Below, piece after piece: positions 1 to 12,356 of a stretch of DNA of 64,000 bases; within the stretch, counting starts at the first letter, position 1; the number at the start of each line of letters is the position of its first letter. The DNA is from Ophelia neglecta (lineage: Eukaryota), in NCBI GenBank assembly GCA_965285935.1, contig CBDIWN010000008.1, positions 372,001-436,000 of the forward strand, written 5' to 3'. The translations under genes were made by a program, and so were the position numbers. The notes under the pieces were generated by a model. It saw only the letters and a list, made by a program, of their open reading frames with translations, did no database searches and was not told where the DNA came from.

Positions 1-130
1 ATATGACTGTGGAAATTTTCTGGTTCCCTAAGATACCTTGTTCCTCAGTATACTTTGACTGTCATTGAGTACATTTTACCATTTTTCGTTGTCAAACTTT
101 GAAATATGAAGGTTATCAAAGAAAACATAC

Positions 131-3100
131 AGGCCCTGATATTCTTAAAGCGATCCCTAGCTATGTTTTGTTTCTGCTTGGCCACGTCACATGAACTCAG
201 TTCTCCATTAGGCACGTCCTAAAACAGCAGATTAAGTAATTAATGGAAAAAAGCATGAAAAGAAAGATGAAAACAGAAGGACAAACATCCGTATGATAAA
301 TGAGAGAACACAAATCATATATCATAGCATCGATGCAAAATTAGGTAGCTGGAAAGAACCAATATGTTTTTTAATTCAGACCATCCAACTTTAAGATATC
401 ACACTCGCTGAATGTCTTAAAATGAAGGTTAAGAATATTGGAACATTATTTTATTTTAGTTTCAAATATTGCCCAGTAATTAATAAAGATCTATTTTCGT
501 GGCTAAGCTTGGTTTCTTTTCTGCCGCTAACATATATATAACAAATGACCAGTTATTGAAACCCGCAGTGTATATACAATGAATGTTTTGGGTAATAGTG
601 CGTATGCATGAAACATTTGTCCTTCATTACGCATGTGTGACCCAATGAGTCAATGCCACAACAGTGGTAGTCTAAAAACTGCAGTGGGATAAGACACCAA
701 GATATGAAAGCTTACATGGTGGATCAACCGATGTCATGAACTGTTTGAAGTTTAATTACCAGATAAAAACATTAATAGATACATCAATACCAAACGATAC
801 ACGTAAAGGACGCATAATTTACTCAATGTTTTAATTGGAAACTAAAAGGAGCATAACTCCTGGCCGTTGACAATGGTTGCCTAGATTGAGGGCGCGGTTT
901 TCATTTTCAAAATGCTACTTACTTCAAATTCCTTTTTCAAACCATCCTTAGTGTATTTCCGTGCCCCAATATATACTTCTAGATCATCTTCTTTGACGCA
1001 AGTTCCTTCTTCAAGACGTTTTGTAGCCGGGAAGTCATAGTATATCGTATTAGGGTTCTCATCTACGTTACCTCCAAAGCATGGATTGTCTACTTCCTCC
1101 ACAACTTTCGTTTCGGCGAGTTCATTATCAGGTCCTTTGGAATGGTAAAAAAGAACATTAGTCGCATACTGTCCATAGCACCTGACATGCTTTCTAAAAA
1201 TGACACTATACAGCGAAGCGAGTGTTAACATAAATTGATTTCATATGAAAAAACGAGAGTAGGTACCCGGCACACAAACAATATCATTTATCAAGAAAAG
1301 TCAATTAATTTGGCCCGATACAATCAGGAACCGAAAGCCATAGGCCTGGAATTACTTACCGGAAGGCCTTCTAAATGACGAATAGCTTCTTCCCTTTGGA
1401 GGTATCTCCTCCATTTTAGCATTAGCATTATCTTTCGCTTTCGTGCGTCGTTTCCTATTATGAATTTTCAAACACACCGTTTTGATTGGGTAATGTAAAT
1501 AGCGCTCGTAAGGGTTTTTATTACTCATTAGTGATTACGAAGCACTCTCAGTGTCGATGCTTTCTAACATCATTATGGGATATAATGCGTCTGAGAAACA
1601 ACGTACGGGGTGATAATTTCTTAATTCACCAACCTGAGAAAAACGACAAGAATTACCACCAGGATGGCTATAGTCAGGAACGCTGCTATTGATCCGGTAA
1701 TAGGTCCGACCAGGCTTAACGAAGCTGGGGGATCGACACTAGGTTCTGAAGGATTGCACAATTACGTGAAATGGTGATTGGTTAAGCAGCTGTAATCATG
1801 TTGTTTGCATCTGAAGCACAATGCATAGGTAGTATAAACATCGGCATATAAAGGCAATGTCAACTGCTTTGCGGCACACGAATTCAACGGTTACAAGTTA
1901 ATAAAAACTTCAGTTGTTGTAGTAAATATTATTTGTGACGACAACAAATATGAAATTACATGTGAAAAGGCAATATTATCGACATTTTTTTTATATTGAC
2001 AACAAATAGTTGAGTTTAAAACTGAATTTCAATTCAAAACCTTGTTCCTGTGTGGCTAAAGTAGTAGCGAAGACAGTCGTGTTTTTGAGAGAGTCTTCTT
2101 TTATTCCAGTCAATTGCCGATAAATCTTTAATATGATCCGGTATGTAGAATTGACGGCCAGATTTGTCAATGTCTTGTCATATTGCATAGCAATATTATC
2201 TTCGTTGATTTCTATTGTAAGCGATTCAATATCTGCCCCATTTGCCTCTGATACGGTGATTTTGTAGCCAAATACAGCCGATGTATATAATGGAATAGCT
2301 TTCACGTGTGTCCATTCAATGGTTATCCTGTCAGTTTGAACATTGGTAATGCTGACCTTGTTTATGTCCGGATACTCAACATAGGCTGTTCATATAAAAA
2401 AAGCAATAAGATCATTTTGTTTTCATTAATACATAAACATTACTGTGATTACTTTTATTAGATATATTGATCAAAATTATGTGCAATAAAACTGATTTTA
2501 CATACCTACAGACTGATTACAATAATCTCCAGCATACCATGTATCGTATGGTATCAGCTGACAACCGTGACTACATGCTCCACTGTACTGATGACAAGAC
2601 GTTATGTTATCTATAGTCGCACAGTGAAAGCCACATATGTGATCGCAGGTTATCCCATAAAAACCACTGTGACAGACGCACGTCCCGCTATACCTGTCAC
2701 ACACAGGGTTACCATGCTCACCAAGACACCGATTATTACAGGTTTTATTGCAGTATTCGCCATAAGAACCGCCCTGACACCCATGGGTACAAATCCCATT
2801 CCACTGGTCGCAAGATCCAGAGACTAATTGGTTGAGCGGCTTACAGCCAGAACTGCACTCTGTTTTACAAAATGCTCCCCACCTGGCCCCAAGACAGCCC
2901 TTAGAGCATGTTCCGTTGTTTCTCACACAAACCGATGTCCCATTAACACCATTACAGTGTTCACTGCAGGTTTTATCACATGTCTTTAAGTAGAAACCGT
3001 TTCGACAACCATTATTACAATCTCCTGTTTCTCTGTGACAATCGGGGGACCCATTGACACGATGACAACCATTGCTACATCTGTTCTGACACTGGTCTCC

Positions 3101-6100
3101 AAAGTAAGGGTCCTGACAGCCACTCGTGCAACGTCCATCAGTAACAGAACATGACCGAGAATTAGGCTCCTGACCAATAAGGCAATTCGCACTACATTGG
3201 CTGTTACAATTGATACCGAAATGGTTTATGTCACATTCTGTAATGTAGATTTTAGTCTATACGTGAAGGTTTGTTACGGTTCACCTTGAAACTAGATGTA
3301 ACTGCTCAGACATTGTGTGTTATGTTATCTTCAGTGAATAGTGGCATGATTTGTTAAAGGTTAAAACAGTAACGGGCCTACCTTGGCAGTCCGGGTACTT
3401 TGGGTAGTTCTTGTCGCATATACCGCAGCCAATCATGGGATCGCAAGACTGGCATCGATTTCTGTCACACACTAGAATAACAGGGGAATAGTTAACACAC
3501 ATAAATAGTGACCTGTTGGGCCATACATTTTAACACAACTTTCATAAATCCCGATTAATCGCTTTAACTCTTAATTGTCTTCCCGTGCAAGCCTAAGATC
3601 CAAGTAATTACAGTGGGTTGACGTCAAGTTCAGGAGTGAGTCTGTATTTGTTTATCACCATCTATAATCTGACTATTAATATATTAAGTTAGGGCATTAA
3701 TTGCAATAGTGGCAACAAGGTGTGGGTGCGTTGGTAAATGTATCCCTTATGCAGCAACTATCTATTCAAAATGGCCACAGTCCAATTCAGGAACATACAT
3801 TCAAGGATGACAATGAGTGCGGGTTTTAACATACCAATAGGTTTGTATCCGTGAACTATCACCTGACACTGGGCAAAGAACTGGACTTGATACCCGCCTG
3901 CATTTCTGATAATGGTGACGTATCTGCCGCTGAGGGGTGAGTCACAATATATTGTGTCGCTTCCTGCTTTTGGAACGACTCCTTTATAATTCTTACAGAG
4001 ACTTGTTAAATCACCGTCTGTCTCGGAACCAACTCCAAGGCGAAAATTACCGGTACGACCTGTGAAAAGGTATTCCTGGATACAAATACATTGTCTCCAA
4101 TGACACATTGTCCTCAGAGCGACTCTTGCAGTAACATTGATTCATGTATTGTACAGACGAATATGGGGGTAACTAATAACTAATTAAGAATCAACAAATG
4201 GCGTTTTGCAAAAGGCATGTGTTCATTATCTCAAGTTTGTGTTTTTAAGTAGCTCACAATGAATATAATTCTGCTATTTCGTAAAACTAAACCTGTTCTC
4301 GCAGAAAATATTCACAGGCCTAGTTTGCATTTGCCTTCAATCCCTGTATTAAATGGGAACTCGAATTCATGTGACATCTATTCGTTTTAATGCTAAAATA
4401 TATTAGATATGTAAGTAGCAATACTGGTACTGGTGGTCTATCAAATGCATACACATGAAGTACAAGTTGGAATTCTTTTTTTTTTGCCCATGAGAACAGA
4501 ATGGGAAGGACGAAAACAATTATTAGTAATGATGTGATTAATGCTACAATCATGCGTGGATGTTTCAGGTAAATGTTTTACATTTGTCTCTATCAGTCGT
4601 TTTTCATTTTCTTACTGTAAGATGGAGAATGCTGTCTGTTTAAGATGGTGACACTAACAACTGTGTAGATGTCCTCTAGATCGACGTACCACCAGGCTCT
4701 CTTCCCAGATCCAGCATCAGGATGTGCACAATTAGCTATCGATGTAAAGATTTTACCATCGACGGCCAGATCAGCGGCGAAATTATAAAATTGTCCACTT
4801 TGATATGCCGGCCTTCCCTTCGCTATATTACCTGTTTATACAAAATACTGATAAAACAGTCTGGTCTATTATGCTGTATTTAATCATAGAATAACTTATT
4901 TAGTAAACCACAAGGGCGAAAAGAACGGAAACTACAATTTACCGGCAAATGGATAAAACGATCCTCATAATCAAAGGATAACACAAAACAAGAAATTTAA
5001 AAGCATCATATTGAACCCGATGCATACTATAGAAACATTTCTCTGGTAGGGCATGAATATCTATTTGCATTTCACTCCGGGTCGGACTCCTGAAGAGAAG
5101 GGAAGAGGTTGAGGCATATTGGTTCAGCTAGGGATTGGAAAAAGTGCAGGATGCATGCAAACATTGCTAAACACGTGTAGACCTACCCTCTACCTGCATT
5201 CCTCCCATGGCAATATTATTTGTTCTTTTCAACATTGTCAGGGGCGTTCTGATATTTCATAATATAATAATTATATATTGCATAAAGAAATTGATTATAT
5301 TTTGACTGTTCATGTAAAATGTACGTCATATTATTAAAATGAGACTTATGGAGTGCTTATACCTACACAAATAAGGACTTGAAAGTTAGATAGTCACAGC
5401 GATAGTGTGCCTCATGTGTCTGTTTATTGTTAAAAAGTTTCAGGAAATGATGCAATGGTTAAATGAAACTTTGATAACTATACATTATAACACTTTCAAA
5501 GATACTCTATTTTGACAGTTTTAAAATAAAAATAAACAGAATTTTTTACCGAGTTTACACCCAGGCCCGTCTCTCCGTATGATGGCAGGGTCATCCCATT
5601 CACATTCACCTCCATTGATACAATCTCCTGTCGTCTGATCACAACCCTTGGTACAGTGACAGGGAAATACACAGCCAGCAGTACTCCCAAACCTACACAG
5701 ACCTGAGGGAAAAAGTTCCTGTTGTTAGCTGAAAATATCCGAGGGCACTAACTTGTTTCATCTTTTATTTAATATCTACACTGGAACACTCTGTCAGCCG
5801 GCTGTTCTTCCCAACGGCCCGGATTATGTGAATCAGTTCAATCATACATAAAAAAATATATGATGCAATAGATGCCATTAGATTCTACTACCATGAGCTA
5901 TTTCTCCACCCGAGAAATAATCTCCGTCCGACTCACACTTCATATCAGCCTCCGCAGACGCAATTCATTCCATTTTCGGATAACTTGGATAATAACGTTT
6001 GATCAGTACAAACTTTTTTTCTTCTCATATTCCATTTCCATGCCCACACAAGGGTGTGGGTGGTAATAAGCAGTCCCGTGCCCCTTGTACGGTAAACATC

Positions 6101-6819
6101 CTAATGGTAATACATGGCATGTTTTAATGTGAGCAGCATTGTGACCTTTCATAATTCCCGATAGCTTTATTATATTTTTAAATACAAACGCGTCTTTGAA
6201 TTCTCACTTGTGAGAAGTGACACCTATGCAAAGCTTTCCCCAAAAGCTGCCCCCCCCCCAAAAAAAAAAAGAAAGCGCACCACGCACCTCCCAGGAGCCG
6301 TTTCCTATTTTTGGAAACATCCGCCCCTGGACAGGATTCACGTCTACAACACACCACACGATATTCATATGAATGTGTGCCTTAAGATTCAAAGATCGGT
6401 GAATAGAAAATTTTATATCTATTTCAATGTAAACATTCCGCTTCCAATATGTTATCAGAAGCACTGGCGGGGTACCGAAAGAATAAGGCCCAGATAATAA
6501 TGGTGGGCATGAAATTTGTCAAGGTTTGTGGGACTTTCTGACGTGAAGTGGGTCGTCTTTAGTTATGTCACGATTTTGGTTGTAACTTGTGAAAATATAT
6601 AGTTGACACCAACTGATTTTGATGCGTACTACAAAGTATTCATGACCAAAAAATCATACGTGTAAATCGAATGTTTTACTTAATTAATACTGCCTCGGAC
6701 AACAACAAGGAGATCAAATAATAACAATAAAATAACATCTACTAACCTGTCTGAGAGGTAACTCTTGTAAGAAAAACATTGGAACTGACTAGAAAACAAA
6801 TGTAAATGGTAGGAGACAT
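131..6819 (-). CDS. Gene A: receptor-type protein tyrosine phosphatase with F-type lectin, EGF-like repeats and FN3-like ectodomain (3'-partial; PTP region continues beyond position 1)
   Basis: Hand-built GT-AG exons with consistent phases: 6819-6747 (signal peptide MSPTIYICFLVSSNVFLTRVTSQT), 5702-5550 (EGF-like), 4831-4616 and 4059-3835 (F-type lectin, NIAKGRPAYQS..AVDG..CAHP..AWWYVDL..GRYVTI), 3471-3382, 3237-2506 (6 EGF-like repeats), 2385-2041 (FN3-like), 1745-1634 (TM GPITGSIAAFLTIAILVVILVVFL), 1454-1360, 1134-923, 218-131 (PTP D1 start, AKQKQNIARDRFKNIRA). Exon-for-exon homologous to gene C. Confidence 0.9.
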
Positions 6820-8230
6820 TATCAAAGTGCACGTTCACACACCTCCGTAAGTGTGTTTATTGTGAACACTATGCTTGGCAGAAGTGAGGTTCAGGTATGC
6901 CTACATTCAATACTGACATTTATAAAGATATTTACTTCCTTGTTCCTCAGCGGTCGCCTGAAAGTAAATACACCAGTCCACATCCCGTTGAACAAACATA
7001 AAGAACACGAAGAAAACGTGTTTGCAGTCATGTTATAGATTTTATAAGTTCAACTTCTGTTGAATAATTCTTCGTCATTTAATACTATGCGCCTTAGAAC
7101 ATGAATTTGTAAGTAACGCTATATATATATTACGTCTAATAGATAATGTTGTATGATTGTAAAAATATAATATATTGAATTGGAAGTCCCGTGGGTTGTT
7201 TTTTGAACTTTATTGTTACAATATTAATTCAATCGGATAGTATTTACCCATGGCAGTGACGATACTCATATTCATTAGTTGAATATAAGGAAATAATCTG
7301 TAAGCAATGAAAATAAAAATCATGTAAAAAACAAATAAGGGGACTAAAAGACGTTCTCCATGGGGTTAAATTAAAGCAAATTAAATCAAAGATATACACT
7401 GGGATTATAGATTTTTGCCCGGTGAGGGACGGGATAATAAAGATGAATTAGGCTAGACTACAGACATACATGAAACAATGAACCGCCGGAGCAGGGACAC
7501 GCACTGCTAGGCGAAGTTAGCAATATTCACCACATGTTTTATAAGTACCGGTATTTAAATAAGGCCGTTACCTACATTTATGTCGACTATAAATACAGAC
7601 AAACAAATAAAGCTACTCTAGTGTGTTTGTGGATAAATTATAACATAAATGCAAATAATAACATGAATGGAGATATGATGGCGGTCGATAAAGTCTACAG
7701 GCCAATAGAGTCATAGCCGGTCTTTACATACTTGTTGGTAGAAAAAAGTGTTTTGGGCGTTATGACAGCTGTGTAAAGCACTTTTTGGTGCCAGGTAACC
7801 AACGAAGCTCGCTGCAAAATCACACCTCGTTGAACTTCAGCAATTAATACATTATGTGTGATAACAAGACTCCTACACAAGTTCTTTTTCATGATCGTAA
7901 ACATTTAAATTAAAGTCTTCATTGTTATATGAATAAACGCCTCCCAATTTTCTTTTTCCCATCATGGCAAAGTTTGGTATAATTCTCCTGGATTTGAACC
8001 ATTTTCAAGAGTGTGCCCGTTTAAAAGCATTCCTATCACCTAAAAATCTAGAGCGTGGCATATGATTTCTCAATAAATTTGTCATAATAATTAATGCTAT
8101 TAAATATATAATATGGCAAAAATTCATCCAAAAAAATAATCCATTCATAAATCGTGCCAGGGGTAGCGGCATTTTGAGCAGGGGGGGGGGGGGGGGCGTA
8201 TCTATTTTCTATCTATATATTTGGGGTAAC

Positions 8231-8476
8231 CTTATTGGATGAGGGGTGGGGCCTTATCCTAATTGGATGGGGGGGGGGCTTATCCTAATTGAATGGGGGT
8301 GGGGCCTTATCCTAATCGGATGAGGGGTTGGGCCTTATCCTTATTGGATGGGGGGGGGGGCTTATCATAATTGGATGGGGGGGGGGGCTTATCCTAATTG
8401 GATGGGGGGGGCTTATCCTCATTGGATGGGGGGGGGGCTTATCCTAATTGGATGGGGGGGGGGCTTATCCTAATTA
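8231..8476. repeat. G-rich minisatellite, about 9-10 units of CTTATCCTAATTGGAT plus G(9-11)
   Basis: Directly visible tandem units of about 25-28 bp with variable G-run length. Confidence 0.95.
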
Positions 8477-10379
8477 CGTATCGACATTCCGAAGCTGTAC
8501 GCCAATATATTTACTCAAAATGAACTGAACATTTCCTAAAGTTCAAAATAAGGGTGTTCTTTGAGCCATTGGAGGTTATAAAACGACGCTAGCTTGAGAG
8601 CCACCCTATAGATAGATAGATAGTATGCATGTATCATGTATACAAATTAAAAGTTAAGGTCGTTAGGTCAGAAATTTAATAGACCGCCGAATTAGACATT
8701 GAGAAACACCGTTGAAAATGAGGATTTTCAACTGAAGAATAATAAACGAATCCATGACAGGTTTGAATTGCGGCCAGATTGATTATCCAAGTCCCGTCAT
8801 ACTTAACAAGGGTAAGTCGCGGACACCTGGATGTTATGAACTATATTTTACCACAAATTGTGTACAAACCGGCATCCGATTGAAGACATGGCATTCCGAC
8901 TTGGCTTCCCGCGAACGATAAAGCTGTACAAAACAATATTTATTAAGTCATCAATAGTTAGTGCAGCACACACATTGTATAATCTTTACTTCTTTGATGC
9001 GAGATTGAGATAAACATTAAATTGTATATTGGAAATTTCATTCCCATCCCGAACCCACATATTTTTGGTGGAAAGTACACGGAGGCTAGAATATCAGGCT
9101 AGCAGTCTAGAAGGAGCTTATATCATACCAAGTCGGCCAATATGATACGTATTGTATGTTGATCTTTGGACGTTGGCGCGTGGGGTATGATCAGGTTTAA
9201 CAAGTGTCTTATTGTCAGCAAAGAGACCTCTCAGCTATGTTTGCCATATATTGGATACGCAATATGTGTAGACATAAAACCTTCCTTACAAGTGCCATTG
9301 CAACCATCACTCTATGTGATGCGCCTCGAAGCGACCTCTGATGTCATTATAAACAAATGTTGATCGTTACATGTTTGGATTCTTTCTTTCAGCACGGCAA
9401 TATGCTTCATCGGCAAGTAATTTAGCGTTTAATTTTCTCTAGCTAGGTGCGTATACATTTCATCCCCTTCAACTCTCATTTCACAAATAATAGATCTGCC
9501 TCCCGGATTTTAAAGTTAAATAACATGCTGGACTACTGGTGTACACATGGACGAATTCTGATTTAGAATCTCACTGGAAGAATTGTCACTTTCAGCAATG
9601 AAACCGATTTGATCAAGCTAGTTTTCATTGTGCCAATCCACAGTCTGACATCTTATGTTATGACAGAAAACAACAGTTTGGGAATCTGTTAGTAAACCAT
9701 CAGGATATGTGATGAATGCTATAACTTTCGTCATTGTATGTTTCCCCAAACATATATTCAATATGCTGGTGAAATATTTGTTATGCTTTCTACTTTTTGA
9801 ACAAATTCCACCATTGTTCGTTTTTGTTTCCTTTTTGAATTTTCGAAATTGTTCTTTTTTTGTTCTTTTTGGATTTACATCTTTCTGTACAAGTACACTT
9901 TATTGATCAGAGTAGAGTCCTGTTTGGCTCTTTACTGTTATACTGAGTTTTATTACTTTAAATGGAATTAAACTAATTCTTCACTAATTGTTTAATATTT
10001 TGCAGGGTGATATCAAGTCACTCCTTCTTTTACATTGCGCGGTTTGTCGGAAAGATAAAGTCACCAGTACAACACGTTTAAACTGACCGCAACTAAAACA
10101 ATCAGATATGTGTTTTGTGTTCCGGAAGCTTATTCCCATTAAATCAATTTACTGATAATGACGAATTTGGTAATGCTGTAATGGATTGAAGCATTTCTTG
10201 TCACTCCAAAAACTAAATGATGGAATATTTGAACTTTACGACCATTAAACTGATTTATAATTGACCTAAAGTCCTTAAACGAAGAATTATAAGTAAGAAA
10301 ATTATACGTTTTGAATATTATCTAGAGTAACTAGATAATTTGAAATTGAATTATATTTTTAGTGGTGTAGCCAAAACTT

Positions 10380-10660
10380 GATATGATTTAGAAGTGGTAA
10401 TAGTGGAGGGATTCATCTGGCTTTGTTAAAAATAGAATACTTTTCTCGAAATGATATCAATGTGATTAATGCTTCCAATAAAAACATGTTTATAAAAATC
10501 CCAAAACAATAAATAGAGTCAAAAAAGAGTGTCATTATTAAGTATTTACAGACCTAAAGAAAATGACTTGAAGGGGTTGATGTTTTACTAGTAACACGAG
10601 TAAAAAATAACCACATTTATCTGGCGGAAGATTTTAATATGAATATATAAATCGAGTTAC
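10380..10660 (+). mobile_element. Degenerate non-LTR retrotransposon APE endonuclease fragment (CR1/L2-like)
   Basis: Broken frames give RSGNSGG, SIYRPKEND and NHIYLAEDFNMN, resembling the APE motifs GGGV, IYRPP and GDFN. Confidence 0.45.
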
Positions 10661-12356
10661 AGGTCTCTTACAGTTTTTCTTAAGGCAACACTGAACACGA
10701 TGTGAAATTATACAATAATGCATTTTATTTTCTCATTGCAAGAGATATTAAGCTTATATTTTCATTAACTATTATTTTCTTTACAAGTTTATGGAGCTTG
10801 ATTTATTTATTGATATGTGGGGGTTGTGGCTTTCATTAAGATAAACCCTTGATTATTGTCCCCACCCCCACCCCCATCATGATATACACCCAGTCCCTTC
10901 TTGAAAATATTAATGTTTTTTTTCCTCTTTCCTGTACATGGTTCTCTCCAGATTCCTTGACATAAACAAGCATATAAAACGGCACTTGAGGTATCTGGAC
11001 GGTAACAAAGCCATAATTCAATTCAAAGGTATTTAAGTCTAGCTTCCCCCAATATAACTGTCCATCTGAACTGTTAATGGGCTGTACTATTAAATTCAGA
11101 TGGGTATGTTCAAGTTTGTCTCAAAAGAGACATACATTCATCCGCAACAAAATAAAATAACGAATTCTTAAGTTAGTTAAATTTGCTTTTAAAGTCAAAT
11201 TTCTGTATAATAGGACATAATTACAATTTAAATCCATTACGTCAGTACGTCCTTGGCATGTTTCCAATACAGTCTATAATCATTGATGGTTATAAAGAGA
11301 TTTTTATCGGTATTTTGAGACGCCGCGTATGCAAAGAGTAAATTTGCATCATTTTATATAACTGCCATGGAAGCAATCAGGGACGCCCTTGGCGGAATCC
11401 TGTGACGGATTTAGAAGCTGTGGGTGTCCCCTCTTTACTTTCCCCTCTTGATGTACTGAATAAAAATACATGATGTTAAATATTCTCGTTAACTTTTCTG
11501 GCGGAGGTCCCGCAACGTATTTTTCATTACGTTTTACATTTTCTAGACAAAACTCGTTGGTGAGAGAAGACACCCATTCCACGCCTTGACTATATAGCTC
11601 CCTCCGCCCCCTTTATAAATTTATAGATGTTTGAAGATTCAAACAAGATACCACGAATTTCCTAACGTATATAGTTGGGTGTTCAAGTTTAATGGTTGCC
11701 GTTTGACTTGCCTTGTGGTGAACTATTAGCGATATTGGCCGCACTCTCAGAGGTAGTGTAGGTCGCGGCTAAGGATTTAACCAGCAAGCACAGTTTTAAG
11801 ACCTGCCGAGGTAAGGCGATGGTTTAAGGTTAGTGTCACGGTTTTGGTTAATCTTTTAAGATGTATCGTCTGCTCCGACACGACCTTTGACTTCTGGTCG
11901 TGTCCTCTGACTTCATTTTGGAATAAACAAGACAAAAAGTCCAAATACCCTTTATATATTGTAAGACTAAGATTATGTATCACAGTTTGACCATACTGGT
12001 TACTAACTAACTCTGGTATAAATGTAGGTGGAATAAAACAGTAGTGCTTTCCAAGAATGGTAATGTCGGGTCCCACCCCACACCCACATTAGTGGAAAGA
12101 ACATTCAGGCTGGAATATCAAGTTTGGAGTTTGATTGGAGTTTATATCATTGGATTGAACTAATAGATATATGATTACATGAGATATACTGTTATGCGAG
12201 TCCTGTTTGTTCAAGCACACAACTTGTATATAATACTATTAATGGTAGCATTAATAATCAGCAGTCCATATTGGTAAGGGTGGAATTGATTGCTCAAACT
12301 TAGATGACATTATCGGGTTGCAATCAAAATAATACATGTGTAAGCGGAGTCATTGT

